Below, piece after piece: positions 12,501 to 25,100 of a DNA stretch of 64,000 bases. Where the stretch lies: the NCBI GenBank assembly GCA_973895155.1, contig OZ316892.1, forward strand, positions 9,032,283 to 9,096,282, read 5' to 3'. The position numbers and the translations under genes were made by a program. The notes beneath the pieces are model-generated. The model ran no database searches. It was not told where the DNA came from and saw only the letters and a program-made list of their open reading frames with translations. This DNA comes from Marsupella aquatica. Its lineage: Eukaryota > Plantae > Marchantiophyta. Position 1 is the first letter of the stretch, and every line of letters starts with the position of its first letter.

Positions 12501-13935
12501 CCTAGTAGATTCTTTAAGATCCACCTCCACTTGGTGACATTTTCATTCCGGCAAGCATACAGCTTGTTTGTCAACTTGGTGTTACATTGTGGGATTCCTC
12601 TTTGAATTCGAGTCTAGAGATTCTCTCATTGTACACCTGTGCACTGCAAGTTGATTTGCACAATAATTAAAGTGAATTAATGAAGATATCAGTTTTATGT
12701 TTAGGTGTGTGAAACCCGAGTGGCGTAATGAGCTGATTAGTGATAGGAAGTTCACCTTTGTCTATGTGCTTACGGTATTACTCGGTGGCTGCAGGATCAC
12801 ATAACCACTTTAAAATTGGAGTTCCTCCCACACCATTTCTTGTTAGCCAGCACAGACAAGGCTGGAATTTTGCGCTACCAAGACACGAGTACTGGGCAGA
12901 TGGTGGTACAACTGCGTACGCACTTGGGCCGCTGTGGTGTACTTCGCATGAACCCATATAATTCTGTCCTGGGATTGGGTCACAATAATGGCACTGTGAC
13001 TATGTGGAGTCCCAACATGGGGACTCCTCTTGTGACCATGCTGTGTCATCAGGGGCCTGTCAGTGCCATTGCTTTTGACTTAGAAGGTCGCCAAATGGTC
13101 ACTGGTGGCATCGATGGGAAGGTGAAGGTGTGGGACGTCCGAAAGTTTGCACCTCTGCACACATATTTCTCACCTACAGCTGCCAAGTCCCTGGACATTG
13201 GTCAACGGGGCCTGCTTGCTGTGGCGGCTGGTTCTGGTATTGAGATCTGGAGGGATGCCTTGACCATAAAGCAGGTGATTATTAATCCTTCTGAGGCATG
13301 TTATTTTTTAACAATGACAGCTTCGCTCTTTTTCTGTTGTTCACGTGCAGCCATCGTATCATAATGTTACCCATTGTTTGAACACTATGCAGGCCAAACC
13401 ATACATGCAACATCGTGTGCCAAAAGGTTCACAAGTGCAGGATATGATGTTTTGCCCTTATGAGGATGTGCTAGCTCTTGGACATTCAACTGGGATTTCA
13501 TCTCTCCTGGTACCTGGTTCAGGTGAACCCAACTTTGATACTTATGTGGCAAATCCCTTCGAAAGCTTGAAACAGCGCCGGGAGGCTGAGGTGCACAAAC
13601 TTCTGGACAAGCTGCAGCCTGCAATGATAGTATTGGATCCAGATCAGATTGGATCTGTGGTGCGCACAGCAAAGGAGAATCAACAGTCAAAGGAGCAGTT
13701 AGCAAATGAGGCTAACGAGGCCATTGCGCTGAAGGCAGGCAAGCCCGTTCCCGAGAAGAAAAAGACTAAGGGTCGCAACAAATCAAGCAAACGGCATAAA
13801 AGAAAGTTTGACAACATTGTATCTGTCAAGCGAGCATTGATTGCCGCCCAAAGGAGAGAGGACAGAGGGTTTGCTCCGGTTGATGATAACGCTGCCGCAG
13901 TACCTCAAGCTTTGGCACGATTCAAGAGGAAGTGA
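9536..13935 (+). CDS. UTP7: WD-repeat protein 46 / U3 snoRNA-associated protein 7 (BING4CT domain). Exons 9536-9637, 9766-9855, 10068-10200, 11293-11411, 12024-12091, 12247-12295, 12795-13274, 13393-13935; 527 aa
   Basis: All introns are GT..AG and the exons join in frame (1584 nt). Motifs [117 protein letters not shown]. The start codon is the least certain part. Confidence 0.93.
10313..10455 (+). ncRNA. Intronic box H/ACA snoRNA candidate, copy 1
   Basis: Hairpin TGTGCACA..TGTGTACA, hinge with imperfect H box (AGAGTG), second hairpin CTGGAATCT..GGATTTGCCAG, then ACA plus 3 nt. About 143 nt, inside a UTP7 intron. Confidence 0.6.
10612..10754 (+). ncRNA. Intronic box H/ACA snoRNA candidate, copy 2 (degenerate)
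   Basis: Paralog of copies 1 and 3, but the H box reads GTAGGA and the ACA box reads GCA, so it may be a pseudogene. Confidence 0.45.
10912..11054 (+). ncRNA. Intronic box H/ACA snoRNA candidate, copy 3 (canonical boxes)
   Basis: Hairpin-hinge-hairpin-tail. The H box ATAGCA (ANANNA) lies 14 nt after the base of the upper stem, and the ACA box is at 11049-11051. Confidence 0.7.
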
Positions 13936-16506
13936 CGTTGCCCTGAAGTTGACAATAGTCCGACTGTAGGCACTGTGGCTATCTGTCCTCGGCGATTTGA
14001 GCTCTCCTGCCTCCATGGATATTTCTGAACACTCACTTGTGGGGCCAAGTTAGTGCTTCCATTTGTACAATATTGAGTTGTAAATAATACGAGAACATAT
14101 TTGACGCCAAAGCTTGCCTGTCATGAATGAAATTATTCTATGCACAGAATTTTGAAACAGAACTCAATGGGGCTGTACTCGAATCCCGTTACAGTAACAG
14201 TCATCTTGAGTTGATCCTGCTCCGGATGTTTATGCACACAGACTGGACCTTGAACACCGTACCTGAATCGACGTAGACAATATGTAGGACATGGGTAATT
14301 ATGGGACTTCTCTAATGCCAGGATGATTCGACTGTCGTGACTTGGAAGAACTGTCAACCATGAACACCAACGGTGTTGACTGTTGACGTATTCTTGACCA
14401 TCTTGACTGGCCCCGTTGACGTGTTCTTGGCATCTGACCGGTGCGCAGGACTGTACAGATACTTTTTGCAATTGTGTGAGTCTCTCCCCTTTGCATGGTC
14501 CTTGATTCACTGTTTCACGGGTGAACCTTTTGGATGGTTCTTTGAATTACTGTTTCACGGGTGATGGTTCAGAGATTGTTGAATGCTAGTAGTAGATGTG
14601 GTGGTCATGCACGTAATGCTTGCTTGCTATTCACTTCACTCTACGTTTCCTTTCCTTCTTTGTGGTCTTGAACGATTACACAGTAGTGAACGGGCAGCTC
14701 GCCAATGCTGCCGTGCGTGTCCGAACAAAGTGGATATTACATTGATTCACAAGAGTGTTTACGTGTAAACCTATCATCCTACCACTATGCAGAACCAAAA
14801 CCTCCAAATCCAAAATGATGTACACAAAGTGCGAAATATACAGAAAAGAGGACAATACAAGTAACACAGGGGCACCTCCCCGACAGCACCTCTTTGAAAT
14901 TATTTTTTCCCCCTAGCCTCAAATCGAGATCGAGTTGTCATCCTATGACTATAGGAGCCATTGATTCTTTGAACTTAGATCAGTAAATGATGGTTTTGGC
15001 CTCATGGTAGGTGTCCCGCTTTATTTGCTAAGGAGTCATTGATGCTTTGAACTAGATCATTAAATGAGGGTGTCCCAGCGGCCCTGCTAGTTGCCAAACA
15101 GCCAAAGGCCCCTTTTGGTTGGTGTACCGATTTACTTCTTCAACGTTCAGCAATAAATGATGGTGTCCTGCTTTATTTGCATCATATTTGCACTGCTTGT
15201 GAGCTTTATAACGGACAGTTTCAAGTGTGGAAAATTAGTTCAAGGACAGCCAATTTTAGGTGTTCGCAGACTTTTCGGCAGGACCATTGGAGACAACGTT
15301 TTTGTACATGGGGGAACGGGTGGAACTTACTACTTTACGTCTTTGTAAGTCCATCGAACTGTTGCAATCTAGTCTCTTGATAACCATTGAAATTCTTATT
15401 GAACTGTGGAGGCAGTTGCTTTATTAATACACATCAGGCGAGTAGTTAACTATCCAAACACTACAGGGTTTCTGACCAATGAACTGTCACTATGGAATCA
15501 ATTTCAAAAGCATAACTACGACATGATTGATTAGAACAGCGGGAAGAAATACTGAAGGGTCACACATCACCTAGGAGAAGGTCAGCTAAAATGGTCAATA
15601 AAATTCTAAGGTTGCCCTCCCTGCCCGTTGTCAAAATAGCCTTTAATTTAACCCAAAAGAAATTTCTAAGGTTGTCAAAAAAGCTTCTGATTGCACCCAA
15701 ACAAAATCTAAGATTGCAGGTAATGATTGAAACTTTACAAGGAAAGGCAAAGCAATGAAACATGGACCAAAGGGAGAGTCAAGGACCAGCAAACTTGAAG
15801 GGTGTGAGCCAGATGGGTAGCACAAGGATAAAGATTCTGAAACTACATATGTTATTAGATTTCAGTTGAACAAAAATTCTATAGCTCAATGGTAGGGACT
15901 ACCAGGTCCAAGGCTCAATCAAGCTGTTCAAAGCTTTTTGGTGTAGTCAATATATATGGACAGTAAATTCAGTAGTCTAGAATCCCTAGTTTTTACAAAT
16001 AATTGAGAGAGTCATTATGAATTTCTAAAAATCACTCCCTCAACTCACCCTTCACACTTTACAGCCTTCCATTGGTTTGTTATATAAGAGCTAATTTTGA
16101 CAATTACTATCTCCCTCTATATCCAATGGAATCTCCTTTTCTTGCCCTGGTTAGAAATGGTTTGGAAGACCTTTCCAATGAATCTAATATTGTGAATTTC
16201 ATAAGAATTGAGAGACCTACAAATATATTTTCAAATATAACCATCTAGTTTGTTTGCCACATTTCACTCATCTATGTAATCTGTACACTATATTAGCAGA
16301 TGGAGGGTTCTGCTGCAGTCCATCATGGAACTACTTTAATTAGCTATTTGTCACAAAATACAACCAGTAAAAGGACAATTATTCTATTTTAACAAGCTGA
16401 CCTAATTAAGAAAGAACCTATTCCTTCCTTGGAAAGAAAGAAACTACTCCTTAAAGTGACAACAATAAATTTTTAATTATATCTATTAATGTGGTAAGGG
16501 CAAGAC

Positions 16507-16851
16507 TGTTGAACATTGACGACAATCGCAATGACAAGCCCATGAACCATCCAACGCACAAGAGTTGACACATAGAGATACGTGGTTCACCTCCACATGA
16601 GGCTACATCCACGGGAACACACACGAGCTTTACTGCATTCTAGGCCGACCGGCCATACCAAGCATCCACAGCGCAAGCTCTCTCTATCTCTCAATTGGCG
16701 CCGTAACAATGAGCCTGAGTTTCCACTCTCCAAGCAAACATCGCTTGGTTATAGAGTGTGCACAACATGACTAACCTAACCAAGTCTGCGACTAAGGTTA
16801 GCCTTAACTACGGTACAGTCGTAACTCTAGACCTAAGAGTAAATCCTAACA
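16507..16851 (-). mobile_element. Copia solo LTR (345 bp), different U3 subtype
   Basis: TG..CA ends, TSD AAGAC on both sides, and R/U5 portion homologous to the other Copia LTRs. Confidence 0.9.
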
Positions 16852-17017
16852 AAGACAAAGACAAGTTCTGTTTTGAATAAGCTGAGATAAAATTGCATAA
16901 CACAACGCCACACAGAACCTGGCACAGAAAAAATGTACAATGTAAATCAATATTGTCACATTGATGAGTGGGTCCTTCAAGGTATTGAGTCCCCTCTCCA
17001 TTATTTAGTCTAATCCC

Positions 17018-17362
17018 TGTTGAGCATAGACGACAATCGCAACGGCAAGCCCATGAACCATCCAACGCACAAGAGTCGACACATAGAGATACGTGGTTCA
17101 CCTCCACATGAGGCTACGTCCACGGGAACACACACGAGCTTTACTGCACTCTAGTCCGACCGGCCATACCAAGCATCCACAGCGCAAGCTCTCTCTATCT
17201 CTCAACTGGCTCCGTAACAATGAGCCTGAGTTCCCACTCTCCAAGCAAACATCGCTTGGTTATAGAGTGTGCACAACATGACTAACCTAACCAAGTCTGC
17301 GACTAAGGTTAGCCCTAACTACGGTACAGTCGTAACTCTAGACCTAAGAGTAAATCCTAACA
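17018..17362 (-). mobile_element. Copia solo LTR (345 bp), near-identical to 16507-16851
   Basis: TG..CA ends and its own TSD ATCCC at 17013-17017 and 17363-17367. Confidence 0.9.
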
Positions 17363-17624
17363 ATCCCAAGTAATCTTAATGTTCAGCTCTTAACTATAGA
17401 TCATTTTATGATGCTCCAATGAACCTACCCAGATACTAGAGTAGAGTTGAAATGGGCCTTTATTTCATTACTGAGCTCAACCTTTAGAGTCTCACAATGG
17501 TGTGCATCATCATTGGGAGTTGAAAGGTGTAACACTCTATTCTCTGCTCGATGAGGACCATGGTATCTTATTGAGTGGGCATAATTGTGTGCTCCTCATG
17601 TGTCAACTCCAATCTTGGAATAAG

Positions 17625-17978
17625 GTGACATTTACTTTTAGGTCTAGAGTAACCACTACAGCCATAGTTAAATAGACTAACCGTAGTCATAGACTTGGTT
17701 AGGTTAGCCATGCTGCATACTATATACATAGGCAGTGTTAGTGTGTGCGAAGCAACCCTTGGATCATTGTAACTGAGCCACTTGAGAGATAGGGAGTCAA
17801 TCAGAGATTTTGCTGTGGAGACTTGATATGACCGATGGCCCCAAGTGCAATAATTAAAGCTCTTGTATGTTCCCATGGACATAGCTTCATTAAAGATGAA
17901 CCATATATCTCTTATTGTTGACTACTTGTTCATTGTATTGTCACATGTGAATGTTGTGAGTAAAGTAGTTGCTCAACA
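17625..17978 (+). mobile_element. Old degenerate Copia LTR
   Basis: Retains TTTACTyTTAGGTCTAGAGT, CACTTGAGAGATAGGGAG, AAAGCTCTTGT and the GCTCAACA end. The left boundary is approximate and no TSD was seen. Confidence 0.7.
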
Positions 17979-19173
17979 TAAGGGTGCAAAAGGAAAAATT
18001 CTTAACTAATTTAAAGAAATAAGTTGAAACCTGAATAAGAAATAAACAATGTTTTTTAAGGGGATTTACATCCTATTTCATATGGATAGAAATACAAACT
18101 AAGGAAAGAGTTTCATAAAGATAATCAGAACTTAAGTAAATACAATTGAAAAATGCCCATCTTGAGCAGGTCAGGTGGGTTGACCAAACTAGCTATAGCA
18201 CTGGCATTCGTATTAGACTCAATGGAAAGATTTTTTTTTTTAGAATAATTTTCTAAATTTTTTTTAAAGGGAAGGCGACATGGCGCAACGACACCCGCGG
18301 CAAAAACCAGCAGGAGGAAAAACAAGCCCGGAACCCAGGGTGCCCGAGAGCCCCCCCAAGGCAAGAGCGCCGGCCCCCAACAAGCCGCAACAGAGAGGAC
18401 CGGGCCGGCAGCAAGCCAGCAACAACAGACAAAGACCAGAACCCAGGCGAACCCAAGACAGCTGCCAAGCCAAGGGGAACACAAAGGCCCACAAAAAGGC
18501 ACACAACAAGGGCCCAATGGGGATTCAGTGCAGGTCATTGGGCATAAGTGAACCAAGACCTAAAGTGCCAGCAAACGGAAGGCAAGTCAAAAGGACACTG
18601 ATCCTTAAAACAAACTGGCAAATACCCCTCACAGGCTTGATAACTGTGGTGAGAAAATACACTCCTCTAATGGTGGGGGACACAGTGGAAGACACAGGTA
18701 GCAGAGTCATTCAAGCATAGAGAATAGCCACAGGACAGCCACTTCAAGGAATACTATGTCTGATGGTGCATCTATCAGTCATGTCAGTCAGGTCAATGAG
18801 TGTCCTGCTTAAGCTCCTAGCTTTTCTTGCCCCCTTAGTCCGTTGAAGGGTTGCATGGGCACTGATGACAACCCCGTGGAGGATAAGTTACAGTGGGAAT
18901 CTGGTGGCGGTGGCTTGGTATGTTCATTGTCTTCTTTCGGTCCAGATGCTAGTGATCATTTGATGAATCAGAAGAAGAAAACCAGGGTCTCGCTTCTGTG
19001 AGCGGATGGCAGTGTCCATCTTGCCAAAAAAAGAGCATCCAACTGCCTTATTGAGCCCGATTCCGACAGCCATTTGGTCAAGCTGAATCCAACGGGTTCT
19101 CAGGCTAGGACACTCGTAGAGCATATGTTTGATGGTCTCGATGTTACCTTGACATGCTGTGCAATGCCCATCG

Positions 19174-22100
19174 TGTTAGATATTGCTCTAGTCTTGTGAC
19201 TCATGAGCTAACCACAGTTAGTCTAACTCGGGTTAGGACTTAGCTAATGTTAGCGGTAGTGTTGTTGTGCATATAGCCAGGGCTGATGCCAGCCCCTGGT
19301 GGAACTTAGGCTCATTGTTATGGAGCTAGTTGAGAGATAGGGAGAGCTTGTGCTGTGGATGCTTGGTATGGCCGGTCGGCCTAGAGTGCAGTAAAGCTCT
19401 TGTGTGTTCCCGTGGACGTAGCCTCATGTGGAGGTGAACCACGTATCTCTCTGTGTCGACTATTGTGCGTTGGATGGTTCATGGGCTTGCCGTTACGAAT
19501 GTCGTCTATGCTCAACAAGTGGTATCAGAGCATGCTTGGGAGGTGACGAGGTTTTTTCGTGATGGGTTTTTCCAGCGTTCATTGTTGATGGTACATTCGG
19601 GGTTTTGTCGCATGAAACTTGAATGTGTGTGGCTGTGCGGATAGGTTAGTGATGGGGCTTTCTAACGGTGGTTAGAACTCGCTGATCGATATCCGTGGTG
19701 CGGAGGAATTGAAGTTTGCGTTGTTCAGGTTTTATTCGTGTTCGACGGGTTTTCGGGGGAGAGACCAGAGTTCGCGTTTTTCAACGGCGTGAGCTGTGCG
19801 GTGCGGGAGGGATCGCACATTATAGCTCAAGTTGAAGGTTGAAGCGAGCTGGTCGTTTCGGTAGCTGGATTGTTGCCGAGGTGTTACCGAGTGCGATGTG
19901 ACGAGTGAAGGAGGCGTTCAGGTTTTTACACAAGCTATGGAGCTTGTTCCCATCTGAGCCGGGTTTCTCTTTGTGACGTCCGACTCGGTGGAAGAAACGC
20001 AAAGTGCTACGGCTCAATGGTTTGATCGCGGCGAGGCGGTCATTTTGAGCCCTGGATTGGCACTTGTCGCGGTGTGAAGACGACGCGGCGGAAGCTTTTA
20101 CAGTGCTGGAGTTGCAGACGGCGCCGGTGTGATTCGGCAACAAATCCCGTCGGTAACTCGTTGTTTTCTCATTGGAAACGGCGGCGGTTTAAGTGAGTAA
20201 CTAGCATTTTTTCCCTTAAAACGGCATTTTTTTCTGGGTTACTTTAGGGCTATTTTTTCAATTTTTTTTCCCTTTGCGCGCCACCGGCTGGCTCCCTATC
20301 GGCCCTGCCACCTCCTTACGCCCTGCCCTGCCTCCTGCCGGCGCCCCTCCCCGGCGCACGGCATTTTTACGCCCCCGTCCCCATATCCGGCTGGTATGCA
20401 GCCGTAGTTGGCCGCGTGTCACCCCCTTTGTGGCCCCTTATCCCCCTTGGTCGACGTATACCCGGCCCTTTACGGGGTATTTAAGGTCTAAGGGGCTTAA
20501 CACCCCCTTTAAGACACCTTTTTATTGTCGTTTTTCCTTCCCCTTTTGTTCTCCTTGTGCCGGGACCTGCCGCCCTCCGTTTTAACTGCTCCGACAGGGG
20601 GAACGGCCCCCTGTGAGACCTGCTGGACTGTGCGGGAATATTCCTGAAAAACAGAGAGCTTTTTTTCGGCCGTCCGACAAAGATTCCGTCCGCCAAACGG
20701 TAACTTTTTTTGGTTCTTTTTTGGCAAGGACGTTGCCACTGGAGTTAGCAACGAGGCGCACCGATCACATTGCGATTCCGACGAAGGGTTGTACTGGGTA
20801 TTTTGGTTATTCTCCGAGGTGGTCAAAACGGGGGAGTTTCCCAAGGTTTTACCCACCCTGACCGAAATTTGAATAACTTTTCCGTCGAATTTTGATTTTG
20901 ATTTCGGCTTTCAGTATTGGACTCCTAGCTTCGTGGGCTACGCGGCGGTGTTGAGTTTTGAGTTTTGTGAGAAGTTTTGAAAAAAGACGTTTTTTCGTGA
21001 TTGTTTCATATGAGTGACTCGGAGGATACTGGAAGAATTGGCGTCGGTGGAGCTTCAGGATCACGACGTTCAGGCGGAGAGTCTGAGGAGGAGCTGCTAC
21101 CATTTGAGGAGGAACAAGTAACACCGATACGATCACCGGTGCGACGTGTAGTGGAGGAAGCTGTACTACTACCAGAGCTATCGGTAGTGGGGAAGAAGAG
21201 GCAGATGGCTAGATTTGGAGGAGTGAAGTTTGAGGTGGAGAAGTACGATGGTTGTACTGATTACTTGCTGTGGGAGAAGCAAGTGAAGGGTGTTCTTCGG
21301 GCCATGGGCTTAGCTCATCTGCTTTCTTCGCGAGAGCAGTATGATGGAGAAGAGGAGATCTCAGAGAAGCAGTGGAGACAGGGGTAGGTGATTGCTGTCA
21401 ATGCAGTGATGCTATATCTCAAGCCGCACATTATCAAGCAGCTGGATGATTATGCGAATTGCGCGTCACTGTTCAAGGCTCTTAGAGAGAAGTACTACCG
21501 GGAAGATGCATCAGATCGGCTGTACAAGAAGTCTCTCTTGATGAGCCTCAGGCTCAAGGAAGGGAGAAAAATGCAGGATCACTTGGATGAGTTTGACAGT
21601 CTAGCGGTGGATCTGTCAAACCTGGGAAAAGGAGTTGAAGATGAGGATAAGGCCTTACTTCTGCTAAGCTCCTTACCGTCGTCATATCAGGGCTTGAAAC
21701 AGGTGCTCTTGTATAGAGATCTAAAGTCCATTTCGTATAATGAGGTGGTGAGCTCCTTGCTGTCTGATGATGCTCAGAAGAAGCTGGGTCAATCACAGAT
21801 AGCATCTTCTTCTGGCACTGCGCTGAATGTGAACCGTGGGAGAGCAACACAGCGCTCAAATGGACAGAACAGGTTTAGATCTACATCACGGGGGAGATCT
21901 AAATCCAGAGGGAAATCGCAAGAGAGGAAGCCTCTTGCATGTTGGAATTGTGGCAAGCCTGGCCACATGAAAAGGGATTGTCGAGTAAAGGTCCCTACTG
22001 CATCTGCTAACGTGGCATCGAGCTCGTATGAGGTAGATTTACTCGATGATGATGACATATTGTGATGCCAAGGTTATGCTCTCAACGTAGTGTCAAATCC

Positions 22101-25100
22101 AGGTAGTGATGACTGGATTCTAGATAGTGCATGTACTTTTCACATTTGCTCTAGGAGAGATTTTTTCAATTCTTACACGGTTTCCAATGGGTCAATGTTG
22201 ATGGGAAATGGAATCCCATGTCAAGTTGTTGGACTTGGATCAATAAGATTTCAGATGTTTGATGGTGCTGTAAGAACGTTGAGGAATGTGAGACACATTC
22301 CCAGCATGATGAAAAATCTCATTTCACTTGGAGTTTTAGAAGCAAATGGCCATCGGTGGAGTTCTGCTAATGGTGTCCTTCAGGTTTCAACTGGTACTAA
22401 AGTTGTATTGAAGGGAAAGAGACATAGCAATCTATACGTTTTGGAGGGCTGTGTAGTTTGTGATGAAGCCAATGTAACCTTATCTCATGAGGAGACGGCC
22501 CGGCTGTGGCACTTCCGTTTGGGCCACATGAGTGAAAAAGGTTTGGTTATTCTTCAGAAGAAAGGATTACTTTCTAATTTGCAATCTTGTAAGTTGGAAT
22601 TTTGTGAGCACTGTGTGCTAGGGAAGCAGCACAGGAAATCCTTCGGAGTTGGAACTCACACCAGCAAGGAGGTACTTGAGTATGTACATAGTGATGTGTG
22701 GGGTCCAGCCCCTACTCCCTCACATTCTGGACGATTATACTATGTCACGTTCATAGACGATTACTCAAGGTATGTGTGGATATATTTTCTACACAGTAAG
22801 TCTGATGTTTTTGCCACTTTTAAGGAGTGGAAAGCCCAAGTTGAGAATCAGACTGGTAATAAGGTGAGATATCTACGATCGGATAATGGCGGTGAATAAA
22901 GTTCCGGGGAATTTGGAACGTATTGTAAGGAGCAGGGGATAACCCGCCATCTCACAACAAGTTATACTCCTCAGCAGAATGGTGTTTCTGAGAGACTCAA
23001 CCGAACACTGTTGGACCGCTCGAGGAGTATGTTGAGTCAATCATGCTTACCACATGAGTTTTGGGCTGAAGCTGTCAACACTGCAGCTTATTTGGTAAAT
23101 TTTTCTCCATCCAGTTCTATTGGATTCAAGACGCCATATGAAATGAGGTACGGGCGTCCAGTAGATTATTCACATCTGAGAATTTTTGGATGTGATGCTT
23201 ATGTGCTTACACCTTCCCAGCTTCGATCCAAGCTGGAGTCCAAGTCGAAGAAGTGCATTTTCCTTGGCTATCAGAAAGGTGTGAAGGGTTATAGGTTATG
23301 GGATCCAGTAACCTGTAAACTAATTGTCAGTAGAGATGTGTCCTTTAATGAGTCCAGATCATCAAAGGAGGGGGAGAGTTCTCAGGACTCCCATACTGAC
23401 AAGGGGAAATCTCCCATCCCGGACCCGGTTGAGGGAGAGATTAGTCATGATGTTGTTCATGACAGGAGAGATGGAGAAGCTCCGGGCTTGGAGCTGGTTC
23501 CTGTGATGGAACAAGAGGAGCAGATTGTTGCTGGAGTACCTCAAATTCAACCAGCAACAGCAGCAGATCAGCCTGAGTCATCTACTAGAAGAACTTCCAA
23601 TCGTTCTACTAGAGCTCCTACCAGGTATGGTCAATGGACAGACTCATCTAAGCTAGATGATATTGACATTGCACCTGATGATGATGACATGGCTTTGATC
23701 TTGGAAGAAGGAGAGCCTTCTTCGTATAGTGAGGCTTGTGCTTCAGAGCAGAAGCATGAGTGGAATGCAGCAATGCAGAGGGAATTGCAATCTTTGAGTG
23801 ACAACAAGACATGGGAGCTGGTGGAGCTTCCAAGAGGTCAACAAGTGGTTGACAACAAGTGGATTTACAAGTTGAAGGACAGTCCTTCAGAGGGTGGAGA
23901 TAAGATCTACAAGGCAAGGCTTGTTGCCAAGGGGTTCACTCAGGAGAAAGGAGTGGACTACAATGAGGTTTTTTCACCGGTGGCTAAGTATTCCATAATT
24001 CGGATCTTGTGTTAGCTTGTTGTGTTTTTTAATCTGGTGATGGATCAGATGGATGTTGTTACTGCTTTTCTCTATGGCAACTTGGAAGAGATGATCTTCA
24101 TGAGACAGCCGCTAGGCTTTATGAAGAAAGGCCAAGAGAACTTAGTTTGCAGATTGCTCAAGTCCTTGTATGGATTGAAGCAGTCTCCCAGACAGTGGAA
24201 CAAGCGGTTTGATGATTTCATGCTTGCTCAAGGTTTTACAAGGATGGTGTATGATCCTTGTGTGTATACGAAATCAGTCAAGAATGATGTATTTGGTTTC
24301 ATCATTCTGGTGATCTATGTGGATGACATGCTGATTGTGGCTAAAGATCAATCTGAGGTTGACAGTCTCAAGGCAAAATTGAGTGCTGAATTCAGGATGA
24401 AGGATCTTGGTAAGGCCAAGAGGATCTTAGGGATGGAGATTTTTAGGAACTCTGATACTGGACAGTTGTGCTTGAGTCAAGGCCAGTATGCGAGGAAAGT
24501 ACTTGCACGATTCAACATGGAAACCTATAAGCCAGTGAGTATTCCTTTAGCTTCACATTTCAAGTTATCATCGGCTTTCTCTCCTACGGATGCTGTGGAG
24601 AAAGGTTTGATGGCTAAGATTCCTTATGAGAAGGTAGTAGGCAGTCTGATGTATTTGATGACTTGTACTAGGCCTGACTTAGCCCTAGCGATGGGCAAGG
24701 TTAGCAATTCATGTCAAATCCAGGGAAGGTACATTGGGAAGCTGTGAAGTGGATTCTCAGGTATCTGAAGGGTACACAGGACTATGGATTACTATTTGAT
24801 AACAGATTAGATAGAACGTTAGTTGGCTATGTAGATTCTGATTATGGAGGCTGTCTGGATACAAGGAGGTCTACAACTGGGTTTGTATTTACTCTAGGAG
24901 GAGGATGTATCAGTTGGAAATCTACCTTGCAGAAGTGCATATCTCAGTCTACTACAGAAGCAGAGTATGTTGCAGCAGCAGAAGCAGCAAAGGAAGCAAT
25001 TTGGTTGGATAAGTTGATCGCGGAGATGGGTTTAGAGCATGGAAAAATGACTCTAAACTGTGATAGTCAGAGTGCTCTTCACTTGGCTGCTAACCAGGTG

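Noticed and set aside
16507-17362. TRIM (mini LTR element) formed by two close LTRs
   Set aside because: Each LTR has its own TSD and the outer flanks do not match, so these are two solo LTRs.
18125-18720. ORFs of 143 and 146 aa
   Set aside because: Compositional artefacts of the LINE 3' region.
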